A stretch of DNA of 64,000 bases from an uncultured Pseudobdellovibrionaceae bacterium (lineage in GTDB: Bacteria; Bdellovibrionota; Bdellovibrionia; Bdellovibrionales; JAGQZY01): positions 84,180 to 148,179 of the forward strand of contig CAYGNH010000008.1 in the NCBI GenBank assembly GCA_964351315.1, given 5' to 3'. Within the stretch, counting starts at the first letter, position 1, and each line of letters starts with the position of its first letter. The notes beneath the pieces were generated by a model that was not told where the DNA came from, ran no database searches, and worked only from the letters and a program-made list of their open reading frames with translations. Made by a program: the position numbers and the translations under genes. Positions 27,560 through 35,747 of this stretch are shown piece after piece.

Positions 27560-27661
27560 AGCTCCCCCATGAGATCTTCCTTTATTATAGCGAAAGAACG
27601 CCTAGTCGCAAATTGAGTTGTTTCATTTTGAGACAAGTTTCTGTAAAAACCCGATGGATCT

Positions 27662-27871
27662 TCAGATAATTAACCGTTGCAAGCTCCACAGCGCGCCAAC
27701 AATTAAACACACATTGCCCATAAGCCTGTGTCCGTAAAACCAGTTCAATAGCTCTGGATTCATGGTCTGGCTAGCCTGCTCTTTTAGCTGGGGAAGGTTG
27801 GTCATCAGGGTCATGATTGAACCATAAATTAAAACTACAAAAGGAAAGTAAAAATCAAGTTCTGCAATCAT
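27662..27871 (-). CDS. Small two-TM membrane protein (hypothetical)
   Basis: 69 aa with two hydrophobic helices ('FYFPFVVLIYGSIMTLM', 'LMGNVCLIVGALWSL'). I see no clear Shine-Dalgarno sequence. Confidence 0.35.
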   Translation of the reverse strand: MIAELDFYFPFVVLIYGSIMTLMTNLPQLKEQASQTMNPELLNWFYGHRLMGNVCLIVGALWSLQRLII

Positions 27872-28125
27872 AATAAGTCTATCGGAAATCCAGTGACAGA
27901 TCTTTAAATCGACCCCGTTCGGGTCCTAACAGCAAAAAAGAAGCCAAATGTAAAAAGCAAGTTTTTAATTCAAAGGCCTTCAAATCCCGATCTTTTAACC
28001 GAGCCGTGCGTCTCAATTTCCCGTTGGTCATTAAAAATAAATGAAATAATCAGGCATTTTTGGTATGTTTAGATCAAGTTCTGTGGTGCGTTTGTTGAAT
28101 ACAGAAATCCTATAGATACATTTTT

Positions 28126-28221
28126 GGGGGCCGTCCCTGGCGACGGTGAGCAGGCCCGGGATCGATCCGGGAAGCCTAAAATCGCTAAATAGCCACCCAC
28201 CTTAAGAGATCCGGGATTTCG
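28126..28221. other. GC-rich structured intergenic element (candidate ncRNA or leader)
   Basis: A GC-rich island inside an AT-rich 410-bp spacer. Hairpins are CCGTC-CCTGGC-GACGG and CCCGG-GATCGAT-CCGGG. GGTG..GGC (28146-28156) can pair with GCC..CACC (28192-28200). GATCCGGGA is repeated at 28164 and 28208. Strand and class are unknown. Confidence 0.3.
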
Positions 28222-28291
28222 TGATTCACATAGCACCCACAGAACGAGTTTTTACTTTCTTTTCCCTTTATAATTTGCTTAATTGTGGCCT

Positions 28292-29749
28292 ATGTCTGAT
28301 GAAAATGTTTCTTCAGGTCAGGGTCGGTGGGACCATCTTCTTCGAGAGATTCCTTCACAGGCCAAGATCGAAGCCCCCATCAAAAAAGCAAAGCCGGTGC
28401 CACCACCGGAACCTGTAGAAGAAGAAGATCGAAATATTTTTTCAGTCTCGCAAATTAACAAAGCCATCAAAACTCAATTAGAGGGACAGTTCACCCACCT
28501 TTGGATTCAAGGAGAGATTTCCAATTTTAAAGCCCATTCTTCCGGTCATTATTACTTCAGCCTGAAAGACGATAAAGCTCAGATCAATGCCGTCATGTTC
28601 CGTGGTTTTAATGCCAAACTCAAATTTCGACCTGAAAGTGGAATGGAAGTGGTCGTGCGAGGAAAGATTTCAGTTTATGAGCCGCGTGGTAACTATCAAG
28701 TGTTTTGTGAAGCCATGGAGCCGGTTGGTGCGGGAGCCCTTCAAAAAGCCTTTGAGCAATTGAAGAACAAGCTCGATGCTGAAGGGCTTTTTGGTGGAAG
28801 TATCAAAAAACCTTTGCCGAAATTTCCCAAAAATATTGGAGTCGTTACATCCCCCACGGGAGCAGCCATTCAGGATATTCTCAATGTTCTAGGTCGTCGA
28901 TCCAAACGGGCCCAGGTCACAGTGATTCCAGCTCGGGTACAGGGCGATGGGGCTGCGGCCGAAGTGGTTCGTGGTATTCAAATGGCCAATCAAGTGGGTG
29001 GCTTTGATGTATTAATTGTGGGGCGAGGTGGAGGTTCCATAGAAGACCTTTGGTGCTTCAATGAAGAAATTGTAGCCAGGGCGATCCATCAATCAAAAAT
29101 CCCCATTATTTCAGCCGTTGGGCACGAAATTGACTTCACGATCGCAGACTTTGTCGCTGACCTAAGGGCGCCCACGCCTTCGGCTGCGGCCGAAGTGGTT
29201 GCTAAAAGTGAATTGGAACTGTTAGAGAAATTGCAGTTTTACAGTCGATCTTTGCGTTTGGTAATCTATCAAAAAATTAAAGATCTAAAATCGGAAGTTC
29301 AGTTTAATAGCAAGCGCTTGATTGATCCAAGAAAATATCTTGAGGACAGTATCATGCGTTTGGATGACTGGAATCAACGCCTCATCCAGTCGACTTTACG
29401 ATACATTAAAAATTTAAATATGCAGAGGATGGTTTTAACAAAAGGACTGATAAATCCCCAGGTGATTTTACAGTCCCATCAGCAAAAAAATCATTCTTTG
29501 TTTAAAATGCTACTGGCCTCTATGCGCCAGTCGTTTGAGAAAAAACAGGGCTCTTTTGCGAAGCAATCCTCACTATTAGATAGCTTGAGCCCGCTACGTA
29601 CAGTGGATCGAGGATATGGAATCGTTCGGCAAAAAGGAAGGCTGATTCCAGATATAAAAAGTTTAAAAGGCTCATCCATTGAGATCGAGCTAAGAGACGG
29701 CAAATTGTTTGCCGAGGTTATCAAGACAGAAAGTAAGGAGGAGTCATGA
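28292..29749 (+). CDS. xseA: Exodeoxyribonuclease VII large subunit
   Basis: OB-fold N-terminus 'VSQINKAIKTQLEGQF..LWIQGEISNFKAHSSGHYYFSLKD', then 'IGVVTSPTGAAIQDI', 'LIVGRGGGSIEDLW' and 'PIISAVGHEIDFTIADFVAD'. I prefer the ATG at 28292 over the TTG at 28283. Confidence 0.93.
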   Translation: MSDENVSSGQGRWDHLLREIPSQAKIEAPIKKAKPVPPPEPVEEEDRNIFSVSQINKAIKTQLEGQFTHLWIQGEISNFKAHSSGHYYFSLKDDKAQINAVMFRGFNAKLKFRPESGMEVVVRGKISVYEPRGNYQVFCEAMEPVGAGALQKAFEQLKNKLDAEGLFGGSIKKPLPKFPKNIGVVTSPTGAAIQDILNVLGRRSKRAQVTVIPARVQGDGAAAEVVRGIQMANQVGGFDVLIVGRGGGSIEDLWCFNEEIVARAIHQSKIPIISAVGHEIDFTIADFVADLRAPTPSAAAEVVAKSELELLEKLQFYSRSLRLVIYQKIKDLKSEVQFNSKRLIDPRKYLEDSIMRLDDWNQRLIQSTLRYIKNLNMQRMVLTKGLINPQVILQSHQQKNHSLFKMLLASMRQSFEKKQGSFAKQSSLLDSLSPLRTVDRGYGIVRQKGRLIPDIKSLKGSSIEIELRDGKLFAEVIKTESKEES

Positions 29750-29961
29750 GCTTTGAAAAAAAACTGACTCGACTAGAAGAGATTGTGGGCAAAATGGAAG
29801 CAGGAGAACTTTCTTTAGATGAAAGCCTAAAGCTTTTTGAAGAGGGAGTAAAACTTTCTCGAGACTGCAATAAAGAGCTGAGCGAAGCTGAACAAAAGGT
29901 CAAAAAGCTAGTGGGCATCGATGCCAACGGAGAACCTGTTCTCGAAGATTTCGAAAAATGA
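29746..29961 (+). CDS. xseB: Exodeoxyribonuclease VII small subunit
   Basis: 71 aa. 'FEKKLTRLEEIVGKMEAGELSLDESLKLFEEGVKL' is the canonical XseB helix-hairpin. It has a 4-nt overlap with xseA. Confidence 0.92.
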   Translation: MSFEKKLTRLEEIVGKMEAGELSLDESLKLFEEGVKLSRDCNKELSEAEQKVKKLVGIDANGEPVLEDFEK

Positions 29962-30782
29962 TTGAGAAAGCAAAATCATTTTCTGAAAAATTCGATAGGG
30001 CCGCCAAAGAATATTTTGCCCATCGTCGTGCCGAAACAAAAAATGTGGGTCCTCTGCTCGACTCAATTGAGTACTCTTTTTTCAATGGGGGTAAAAGATT
30101 TCGACCCCTTCTTTGTTACGCTGCTGGTGAGGCTATGGGTCTTGAGGCCGATCACATAACACCTTTTGCAATGGCTCTGGAAGCCATTCACACTTACTCG
30201 TTAATTCACGACGATCTTCCTTGTATGGATAACGATGATTTTCGAAGAGGCCAGCCGACCAACCATAAACAATTCTCTGAGGATATGGCACTGCTAGCGG
30301 GAGACGCGCTTCTGACCGAGGCTTTTCTGATTCTGGCGCGGGCTTACCCTGATTGTAGCGGTCCTTTGATCGAAGCCCTCTCTGAAGGTGCCGGACTCGC
30401 GGGAATGATTCGTGGGCAGGTGTTGGATTTAGGTTTGGGCGCGCCTGTTGAAAGCCTTTCGGATCTAATTCACCTTCACGAAATGAAAACAGGACAACTG
30501 ATCGCCCTATGTTTTGTTGGGCCCGCCCTTATAGCCAATCACTCAGCCAGCGATTATTACGAACTCGGGTTGCAACTGGGTCTGGCTTTTCAAATTAAAG
30601 ACGACCTACTTGATATTGAAGAGGAAGATGCGGCCAGCTTTATTAATTTTTTAGGACCGAAGGGAACCGAGCAACACCTGCAAAGCTTGACTGAAAAAAT
30701 TAACAATCAGCTGGAATCAACCAATCTCAAGACTCCTTTTCTGCAAGATCTTATTTCTTTCAATTTGTCTCGTCAGAAATGA
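29958..30782 (+). CDS. ispA: (2E,6E)-farnesyl/geranylgeranyl diphosphate synthase (polyprenyl synthetase)
   Basis: First Asp-rich motif is 'LIHDDLPCMDNDDFRRG' and second is 'FQIKDDLLD'. It has the conserved position after xseB. Confidence 0.88.
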   Translation: MIEKAKSFSEKFDRAAKEYFAHRRAETKNVGPLLDSIEYSFFNGGKRFRPLLCYAAGEAMGLEADHITPFAMALEAIHTYSLIHDDLPCMDNDDFRRGQPTNHKQFSEDMALLAGDALLTEAFLILARAYPDCSGPLIEALSEGAGLAGMIRGQVLDLGLGAPVESLSDLIHLHEMKTGQLIALCFVGPALIANHSASDYYELGLQLGLAFQIKDDLLDIEEEDAASFINFLGPKGTEQHLQSLTEKINNQLESTNLKTPFLQDLISFNLSRQK

Positions 30783-31582
30783 GTAAAGTTCGACTCGACC
30801 AGATTCTGCAGACTTTCTATCCTGATTGGAGCCGGTCCAAGCTACAGGCTTTGATTGAACAAGGATGTGTCGAGGTTTTTCTTAATGATTGGAAAAGAGA
30901 AACTCGCCCAGGCGCTAAATTCGACGCGGCTGTCTTAGGACCCGAAAAGATCCGAATTGCAGAGAAACAAGAGTTTCAATTTGTTTCGAGAGGGGCCTTG
31001 AAGCTGAAGGAGGCGATAGAGAAATTCTCAATTCCCTTAGCCAACCGAATTGCTCTGGATGTAGGGCTTTCTACTGGAGGCTTTTCTGATTATTTACTGA
31101 AAAATGGAATCTCTCGTATTCTTGGCGTTGACGTCGGAAAAAATCAACTGCACCCCAGCCTTGTGGGCCAAGAAAAGCTTTTGGCTTTTGACAAGGTGAA
31201 CGCCAGAGATCCAATTCCCGCGGCAATCTTGGACTGCTTTTTCGCCGAGACTCAACCTCGAAAGTTTGATGTTATTGTTGTCGATGTCTCTTTTATATCT
31301 CTTAGCAAAGTGGTTCCCAGCCTTGTCCAGTATTTGGCCGAACGGGGTGACCTGATTACCCTAGTAAAGCCGCAGTTTGAGTTAACAAAGGCAGATTTGA
31401 ACAAAAAAGGCGTTGTTAAAACAGAAGAGGGGATAGAGTTAGCCAAAAAGAAAACCGTTGAGGTTTTACAACAAAATAAGTTACAAATAATGGGCATGGT
31501 ATCGTCACCAATTGAGGGAGAAAATGGTAACAAAGAATTTCTTATATGGTCTCAGCCTAGTCGCATTATGTCTTTGCTTTAG
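30779..31582 (+). CDS. tlyA: TlyA family rRNA (cytidine-2'-O)-methyltransferase
   Basis: S4-like N-terminus 'RLDQIL', then 'VSRGALKL', 'LDVGLSTGGFSDYLL', 'DVSFISL' and 'VKPQFE'. Confidence 0.88.
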   Translation: MSKVRLDQILQTFYPDWSRSKLQALIEQGCVEVFLNDWKRETRPGAKFDAAVLGPEKIRIAEKQEFQFVSRGALKLKEAIEKFSIPLANRIALDVGLSTGGFSDYLLKNGISRILGVDVGKNQLHPSLVGQEKLLAFDKVNARDPIPAAILDCFFAETQPRKFDVIVVDVSFISLSKVVPSLVQYLAERGDLITLVKPQFELTKADLNKKGVVKTEEGIELAKKKTVEVLQQNKLQIMGMVSSPIEGENGNKEFLIWSQPSRIMSLL

Positions 31583-32474
31583 CTCTTGCGATACTTTTCA
31601 GATTAAGACTCGGGACAATGGACCTGGAGCTCCGAAGGATGCGAGCACTGTGCATGTTACTGAGCCCGACGATCAGCCCCGAGCAGAAGCCCCTGACTTT
31701 CTGAAAAAAGAGGCCCCCAAGTTAGGGGTCATCTTAGGCGGAGGTGGCGCTCTAAGCTATGCTCACATTGGATTTTTGCAAGAGCTTGAATCACAGAAAA
31801 TACCAATTCATAGCATCGCCGGTGTAGAATGGGGGGCCTTGGTGGCCGGGGCTTACTCTTTGCAGGGCAAAGCTCATTCGGTGGAGTGGAATTTGTTGAA
31901 GTTGCCAATTGATAAGTTCGAAAACTCGGGTTTTTTTTCGTCCGCTGAAAAAGGTGTTGGTGCAAACGCCTTTGATGGATTTTTAACAGATGTTTTTGCC
32001 AATCGATCTTTTTCGGACTTACCCATTCCGTTTACCTGCCCCTTTACCAATGTGGCCAAAGAAATAGTAGGCATTCGAAGATCCGGAAGAATTCGAAACG
32101 CGGTTCGATCCTGCTGGGCACTACCGCCTCACTTTAAAGTTAATCCTGTCGGCGCGAACCCCTTAGGTATTGCTGAAGTCGCCAGTCGTCTGCGATCTTT
32201 AGGTGCCGAGGTCATCGTATATGTCGATGTGGTGTCTGAAAACAAAATCTTAGCTGAAAATAAGCGCTTACAAAATGGTAGCAATACTTTACTTTGGGTC
32301 ACACAGAAGTCTCTGCCCGATCTATTGCAGCCACCCATCATCAACGAGGTTATTAAGATTTCTTTAGATGGACACGATATAACTTCTTATAAGTCTTTGC
32401 GATCTATTATTAGAAAAGGTCAATTAAAGTCTAAGACATTAGTGAAAGGTCTTGCCCAAAAATATGCTTACTAA
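31524..32474 (+). CDS. Patatin-like phospholipase family lipoprotein with substituted nucleophile motif
   Basis: ATG after GAGGGAG. Lipoprotein-like signal is 'LVALCLCFSSC'. The Gly-rich oxyanion motif 'GVILGGGGALSYAHIGFLQELE' is present, but the GxSxG position reads 'AGVEWGALVAGAY' (Ser replaced by Glu). Confidence 0.65.
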   Translation: MVTKNFLYGLSLVALCLCFSSCDTFQIKTRDNGPGAPKDASTVHVTEPDDQPRAEAPDFLKKEAPKLGVILGGGGALSYAHIGFLQELESQKIPIHSIAGVEWGALVAGAYSLQGKAHSVEWNLLKLPIDKFENSGFFSSAEKGVGANAFDGFLTDVFANRSFSDLPIPFTCPFTNVAKEIVGIRRSGRIRNAVRSCWALPPHFKVNPVGANPLGIAEVASRLRSLGAEVIVYVDVVSENKILAENKRLQNGSNTLLWVTQKSLPDLLQPPIINEVIKISLDGHDITSYKSLRSIIRKGQLKSKTLVKGLAQKYAY

Positions 32475-33777
32475 AACTTTTAAAGATATTAAGCCGTTTC
32501 AAAGCCGTCGGTCCAAACTGAAAGATTTGGCCCCGGACTCTGTGTTCATTCTGTTTGCCGGCCAAGAACGACATTTAACCCCGTTCCGTGTGAACAGTTC
32601 GTTTCTTTATTTGACAGGCTTTGAAGAACCAGAGGCCGTTGCCGTTATTTCTACAGGCCAAAATGCTCAGTTCACTCTTTTTGTAAGGGACAAAGACCCT
32701 TCTGTTGAGCTGTGGGATGGAGAGCGCTTTGGACCTGAAAAAGCAAAAAATGAGTTTGGCGCCGATCAGTGTTTTGCGATTGAGCAGTTGAGCGACTGCC
32801 TTCCGGGTTTATTGAAAGAAGCTCAGTCGATTTATTTTTCTTTGGGAGAAGACGCTACCGACGATGACCTTGTCATCGAAGCTCGGAACCAGGCCCAACA
32901 ATTGGATCGGCGTTCAGGCCAAGCCAAAAAACCCATCGCTGACCCCAATGAAATTTTAGCTCGAATGCGAATGGTGAAGGACGCCCAGGAAATTGAACTG
33001 ATGCGAGAATCTTGTGAAATTTCGGCTCAGGCCCATATCCGAGTCATGCAAAATGTGCGACCTGGTTTGAATGAAAAACAGGTTTTGGCTGATTTCTTGT
33101 ACTCTATTTATCAGCAAAAGGCGAGTCGCGAGGGCTACTCAAGTATTGTTGCCTCCGGCGCCAATGCCTGCACTCTTCACTACCGTGAAAACACTCGTGA
33201 CATGCTGAACGGTGAATTTTTGCTGATCGATGCGGGTGGTGAAAAAAGTTATTATACAGCTGATATTACTCGAACCTATCCCATCAATGGCAAATTCACT
33301 GAGCCTCAAAAGAAACTCTATCAAGCCGTTTTGGAAGTACAAAAAAAATTAATTGATTGTGTACAGGTGGGGTTTTCCCTGCCTGAACTTCATGAAAAGT
33401 CCTGTGAATGGCTCTGCGAACAAATGATCCAGTTAGGCCTTCTTAAAGGAGAACTGGCCGATCACTTGCACCGCAAAAGTTTTCAGAAATACTATCCCCA
33501 TGGGGTCGGCCACTTCTTGGGCTTGGATGTTCACGATGTGGGACTGTCAAAGATCAATGGTGCCCTTGTGCCCTTTGTTGCGGGGGTTGTTGTGACTGTC
33601 GAGCCGGGCATTTATGTACCGGTGGATGATTCCGAGGCACCAGAAGAATACCGAGGCCTAGGAGTCAGAATAGAAGATGATGTTCTGGTGACCGAAAAAG
33701 GCCCCGATGTGTTAACAGCGTCGGCGCCGAAAGAAGTGGTTGATTTAGAGCGCATTGTTGGCGCAGCTCTGGTTTAG
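32464..33777 (+). CDS. pepP: Xaa-Pro aminopeptidase (M24B)
   Basis: AMP_N-type N-terminus. Metal ligands lie in 'LIDAGGEKSYYTADITRT', 'HGVGHFLGLDVHD', 'VVTVEPGIY' and 'GVRIEDDVLVT'. Confidence 0.9.
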   Translation: MLTKTFKDIKPFQSRRSKLKDLAPDSVFILFAGQERHLTPFRVNSSFLYLTGFEEPEAVAVISTGQNAQFTLFVRDKDPSVELWDGERFGPEKAKNEFGADQCFAIEQLSDCLPGLLKEAQSIYFSLGEDATDDDLVIEARNQAQQLDRRSGQAKKPIADPNEILARMRMVKDAQEIELMRESCEISAQAHIRVMQNVRPGLNEKQVLADFLYSIYQQKASREGYSSIVASGANACTLHYRENTRDMLNGEFLLIDAGGEKSYYTADITRTYPINGKFTEPQKKLYQAVLEVQKKLIDCVQVGFSLPELHEKSCEWLCEQMIQLGLLKGELADHLHRKSFQKYYPHGVGHFLGLDVHDVGLSKINGALVPFVAGVVVTVEPGIYVPVDDSEAPEEYRGLGVRIEDDVLVTEKGPDVLTASAPKEVVDLERIVGAALV

Positions 33778-33778
33778 C

Positions 33779-34438
33779 GTGAAAAGATTAGTTGTTATCT
33801 TTATTTTTAGCCTGGTCTTGTTGCCACCGGCTTTCTACGTTCTTTCTATTGGCGTAAAAAACTGGGTCGATAAGAAAATCGTTCAAACTTGGTCCAGAGA
33901 GGAAAGCCGAACCGAGTTGGTCAGTTTCTTGTCCCAAATTAGTGGTGTTCAGAAGTTGCAGGTTGCCGAGTTGAAACAAGTAGAAAGAGTGACACGAAAA
34001 AGCAGGAAAAAAGTTTTTTGGGAAAAACTAGAGCTACCCATCGTGGTAGTCTCAGTTGAGGTGCCGGTCACTTATACCTACTTTATCGATTTAGAAAAAA
34101 AATGGAGTGCTTTCGAAGAAGCGCCAGGGCGATGGGTGGTTGTGGCACCTGATTTGGAGTTTAATCCACCGGCTCCTGAAATATCGAAGATGTTAATAAA
34201 AGTAGAAAAATCCAGCCTTTTTAGAAACGAGCAAGAGATAAAAAATCAACTAATGGCGCAGATGTCGGATTACCTAAGGTTGCGAGCTGACGATCACAAG
34301 GAATTGGCCGTTGAAAAAAGCAGAAAAGAACTCGTTTCAATTATTAAAAAGTGGCTGCTCCATCACCAAAAAAATTCGAGTTCCATTGAAGTCTTTTTTT
34401 CTAAAGAAGTTGAACCGAAAGTTTTAGACTCTATTTAA
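33779..34438 (+). CDS. Hypothetical membrane-anchored protein
   Basis: A GTG right after the pepP stop gives 'MKRLVVIFIFSLVLLPPAFYVLSIGV' (TM) plus a roughly 190-aa soluble domain. It may be DUF4230-like, but I cannot verify that. Confidence 0.45.
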   Translation: MKRLVVIFIFSLVLLPPAFYVLSIGVKNWVDKKIVQTWSREESRTELVSFLSQISGVQKLQVAELKQVERVTRKSRKKVFWEKLELPIVVVSVEVPVTYTYFIDLEKKWSAFEEAPGRWVVVAPDLEFNPPAPEISKMLIKVEKSSLFRNEQEIKNQLMAQMSDYLRLRADDHKELAVEKSRKELVSIIKKWLLHHQKNSSSIEVFFSKEVEPKVLDSI

Positions 34439-35186
34439 AGAAATGGTGGATCGGCCAGTCGTGCTGGATAGCATGTTCATATAGTTTTTGTTCTTCTTGA
34501 AACAAACCATTTTTTTCAATTTGAGTTTGCAAACACAACCGAGCACCGATCGAAGAATCAATCAAAGCAATGTCGCCCAATGTGTTTCCGGCACAAAAAA
34601 CGGGTTTGACTCCTTGGGTTCGAGCCAACAAGGCTTCGGCTTTTCCTTGCCGCCAGGTGATTGGGCCCCATTGTTCTTCTGTGACAAGACCCGCGTCAGA
34701 AATTTTAGTTTGGATGCCCATAACATGGGTCGAAGGAATTCCAACCAAGTGAGCTGCCGGCTCAACGGCCCACTGGATAGAAGCAGTGACGATAAACACT
34801 TCAACGCCCTGATCTTGCAGCCAAACAATCATCTTTTTTTGACTTTCGAATATTCTGGCTCCGCCTTTGATGACCGCACTTTTCGCCCAATCTCGAACTT
34901 GATCTATGGAGTATCCTGCAGAAATCTGCCCCAGCCATAAGTAAGCCTTTACGGGGTCATGGACCTTGGTACTCTCATAATATTCCCAAGGGTCTAAATT
35001 TTGTAAGGCCGGTAGTTGGCAATGATCGATCTGATATTGGAAAAACTGTTCTCCTAGATCACTGTCCCAAAGAGTTCCGTCCGCATCAAAGGCGGCATAG
35101 TAGGGGCCCGGTTGGTCTTGCATCGCCTGTTTGACTTGATTCTGTAATTTCTTCACTAGTTCGCTTGAAAATTGATTTTTTTCCAT
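34431..35186 (-). CDS. HAD-IB family hydrolase (phosphoserine phosphatase-like)
   Basis: Motif I is 'AAFDADGTLW', motif II 'IVTAS', and motif IV-like 'CAGNTLGDIALI'. Confidence 0.7.
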   Translation of the reverse strand: MEKNQFSSELVKKLQNQVKQAMQDQPGPYYAAFDADGTLWDSDLGEQFFQYQIDHCQLPALQNLDPWEYYESTKVHDPVKAYLWLGQISAGYSIDQVRDWAKSAVIKGGARIFESQKKMIVWLQDQGVEVFIVTASIQWAVEPAAHLVGIPSTHVMGIQTKISDAGLVTEEQWGPITWRQGKAEALLARTQGVKPVFCAGNTLGDIALIDSSIGARLCLQTQIEKNGLFQEEQKLYEHAIQHDWPIHHFFK

Positions 35187-35294
35187 GCTCCTAAGGCTAC
35201 TAGAAATTTGCCTTCAGTTCCATTTAAGATTTTGTTCAGACCAAGTTTACCATCGTTGGTAGACGAGAACCCACGGATCGACTATTATCGGGGC

Positions 35295-35747
35295 ATGGAA
35301 GTTAAGTTGTTTTTGCCCGAACATGTTGAGCCCGTTTTTAGTTTCGAAAAAAATAGATTGGACTCTGATTTAGGCGATATACAGGTCGAGATGCACTCTT
35401 GGGACCAACCTTGGCGTAAAGAGTCTCTCGAGCATTATTCCAGTCTTGGTTGGAGTTTCGTGGCGTTGGACTCAAACAACAAGATTCAGGGATATTCGCT
35501 GGGACAGCCTATTCTGTTTTTTAATAGCTGGACCCAGACTCTTTGGGTTGAACATTTAAGTTTTGCCGACAATGCCATCGGCTTTCAATTGTTAGACACT
35601 TTGGTGCGGTGGTCAAAAACCAAGCATTTACAAAAAGTACTATTTAACAGCAAATCCGCGCAAGCCCCTTTTGTGCAAGAGTCGATGAGTGGATTCGCAG
35701 AAAATGGATACCTTCACCTTTCCACAACCAAGATTCAAGAGGACTAA
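35295..35747 (+). CDS. Hypothetical protein, possibly GNAT-like
   Basis: I prefer the internal ATG (MEVKLF) to the long ORF that overlaps the divergent gene. 'LWVEHLSFADNAIGFQLLDTLVRWSK' weakly resembles the GNAT beta4-alpha3 region. Confidence 0.35.
   Translation: MEVKLFLPEHVEPVFSFEKNRLDSDLGDIQVEMHSWDQPWRKESLEHYSSLGWSFVALDSNNKIQGYSLGQPILFFNSWTQTLWVEHLSFADNAIGFQLLDTLVRWSKTKHLQKVLFNSKSAQAPFVQESMSGFAENGYLHLSTTKIQED

Noticed and set aside
28126-28480. Possibility that the GC-rich element starting 'GGGGGCCGTCCCTGGCGACGG' is a tmRNA 5' end, or an SRP, 6S or RNase P RNA
   Set aside because: No tRNA-like 3' domain (T-arm plus CCA) follows, and the region downstream is the xseA coding sequence. There is no 'LAA-stop' tag frame. 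The SRP 'GGAA/AGCA' helix-8 motifs and the RNase P 'GGAAAGUCCGGGC' motif are absent. I kept it only as an unclassified structured element.
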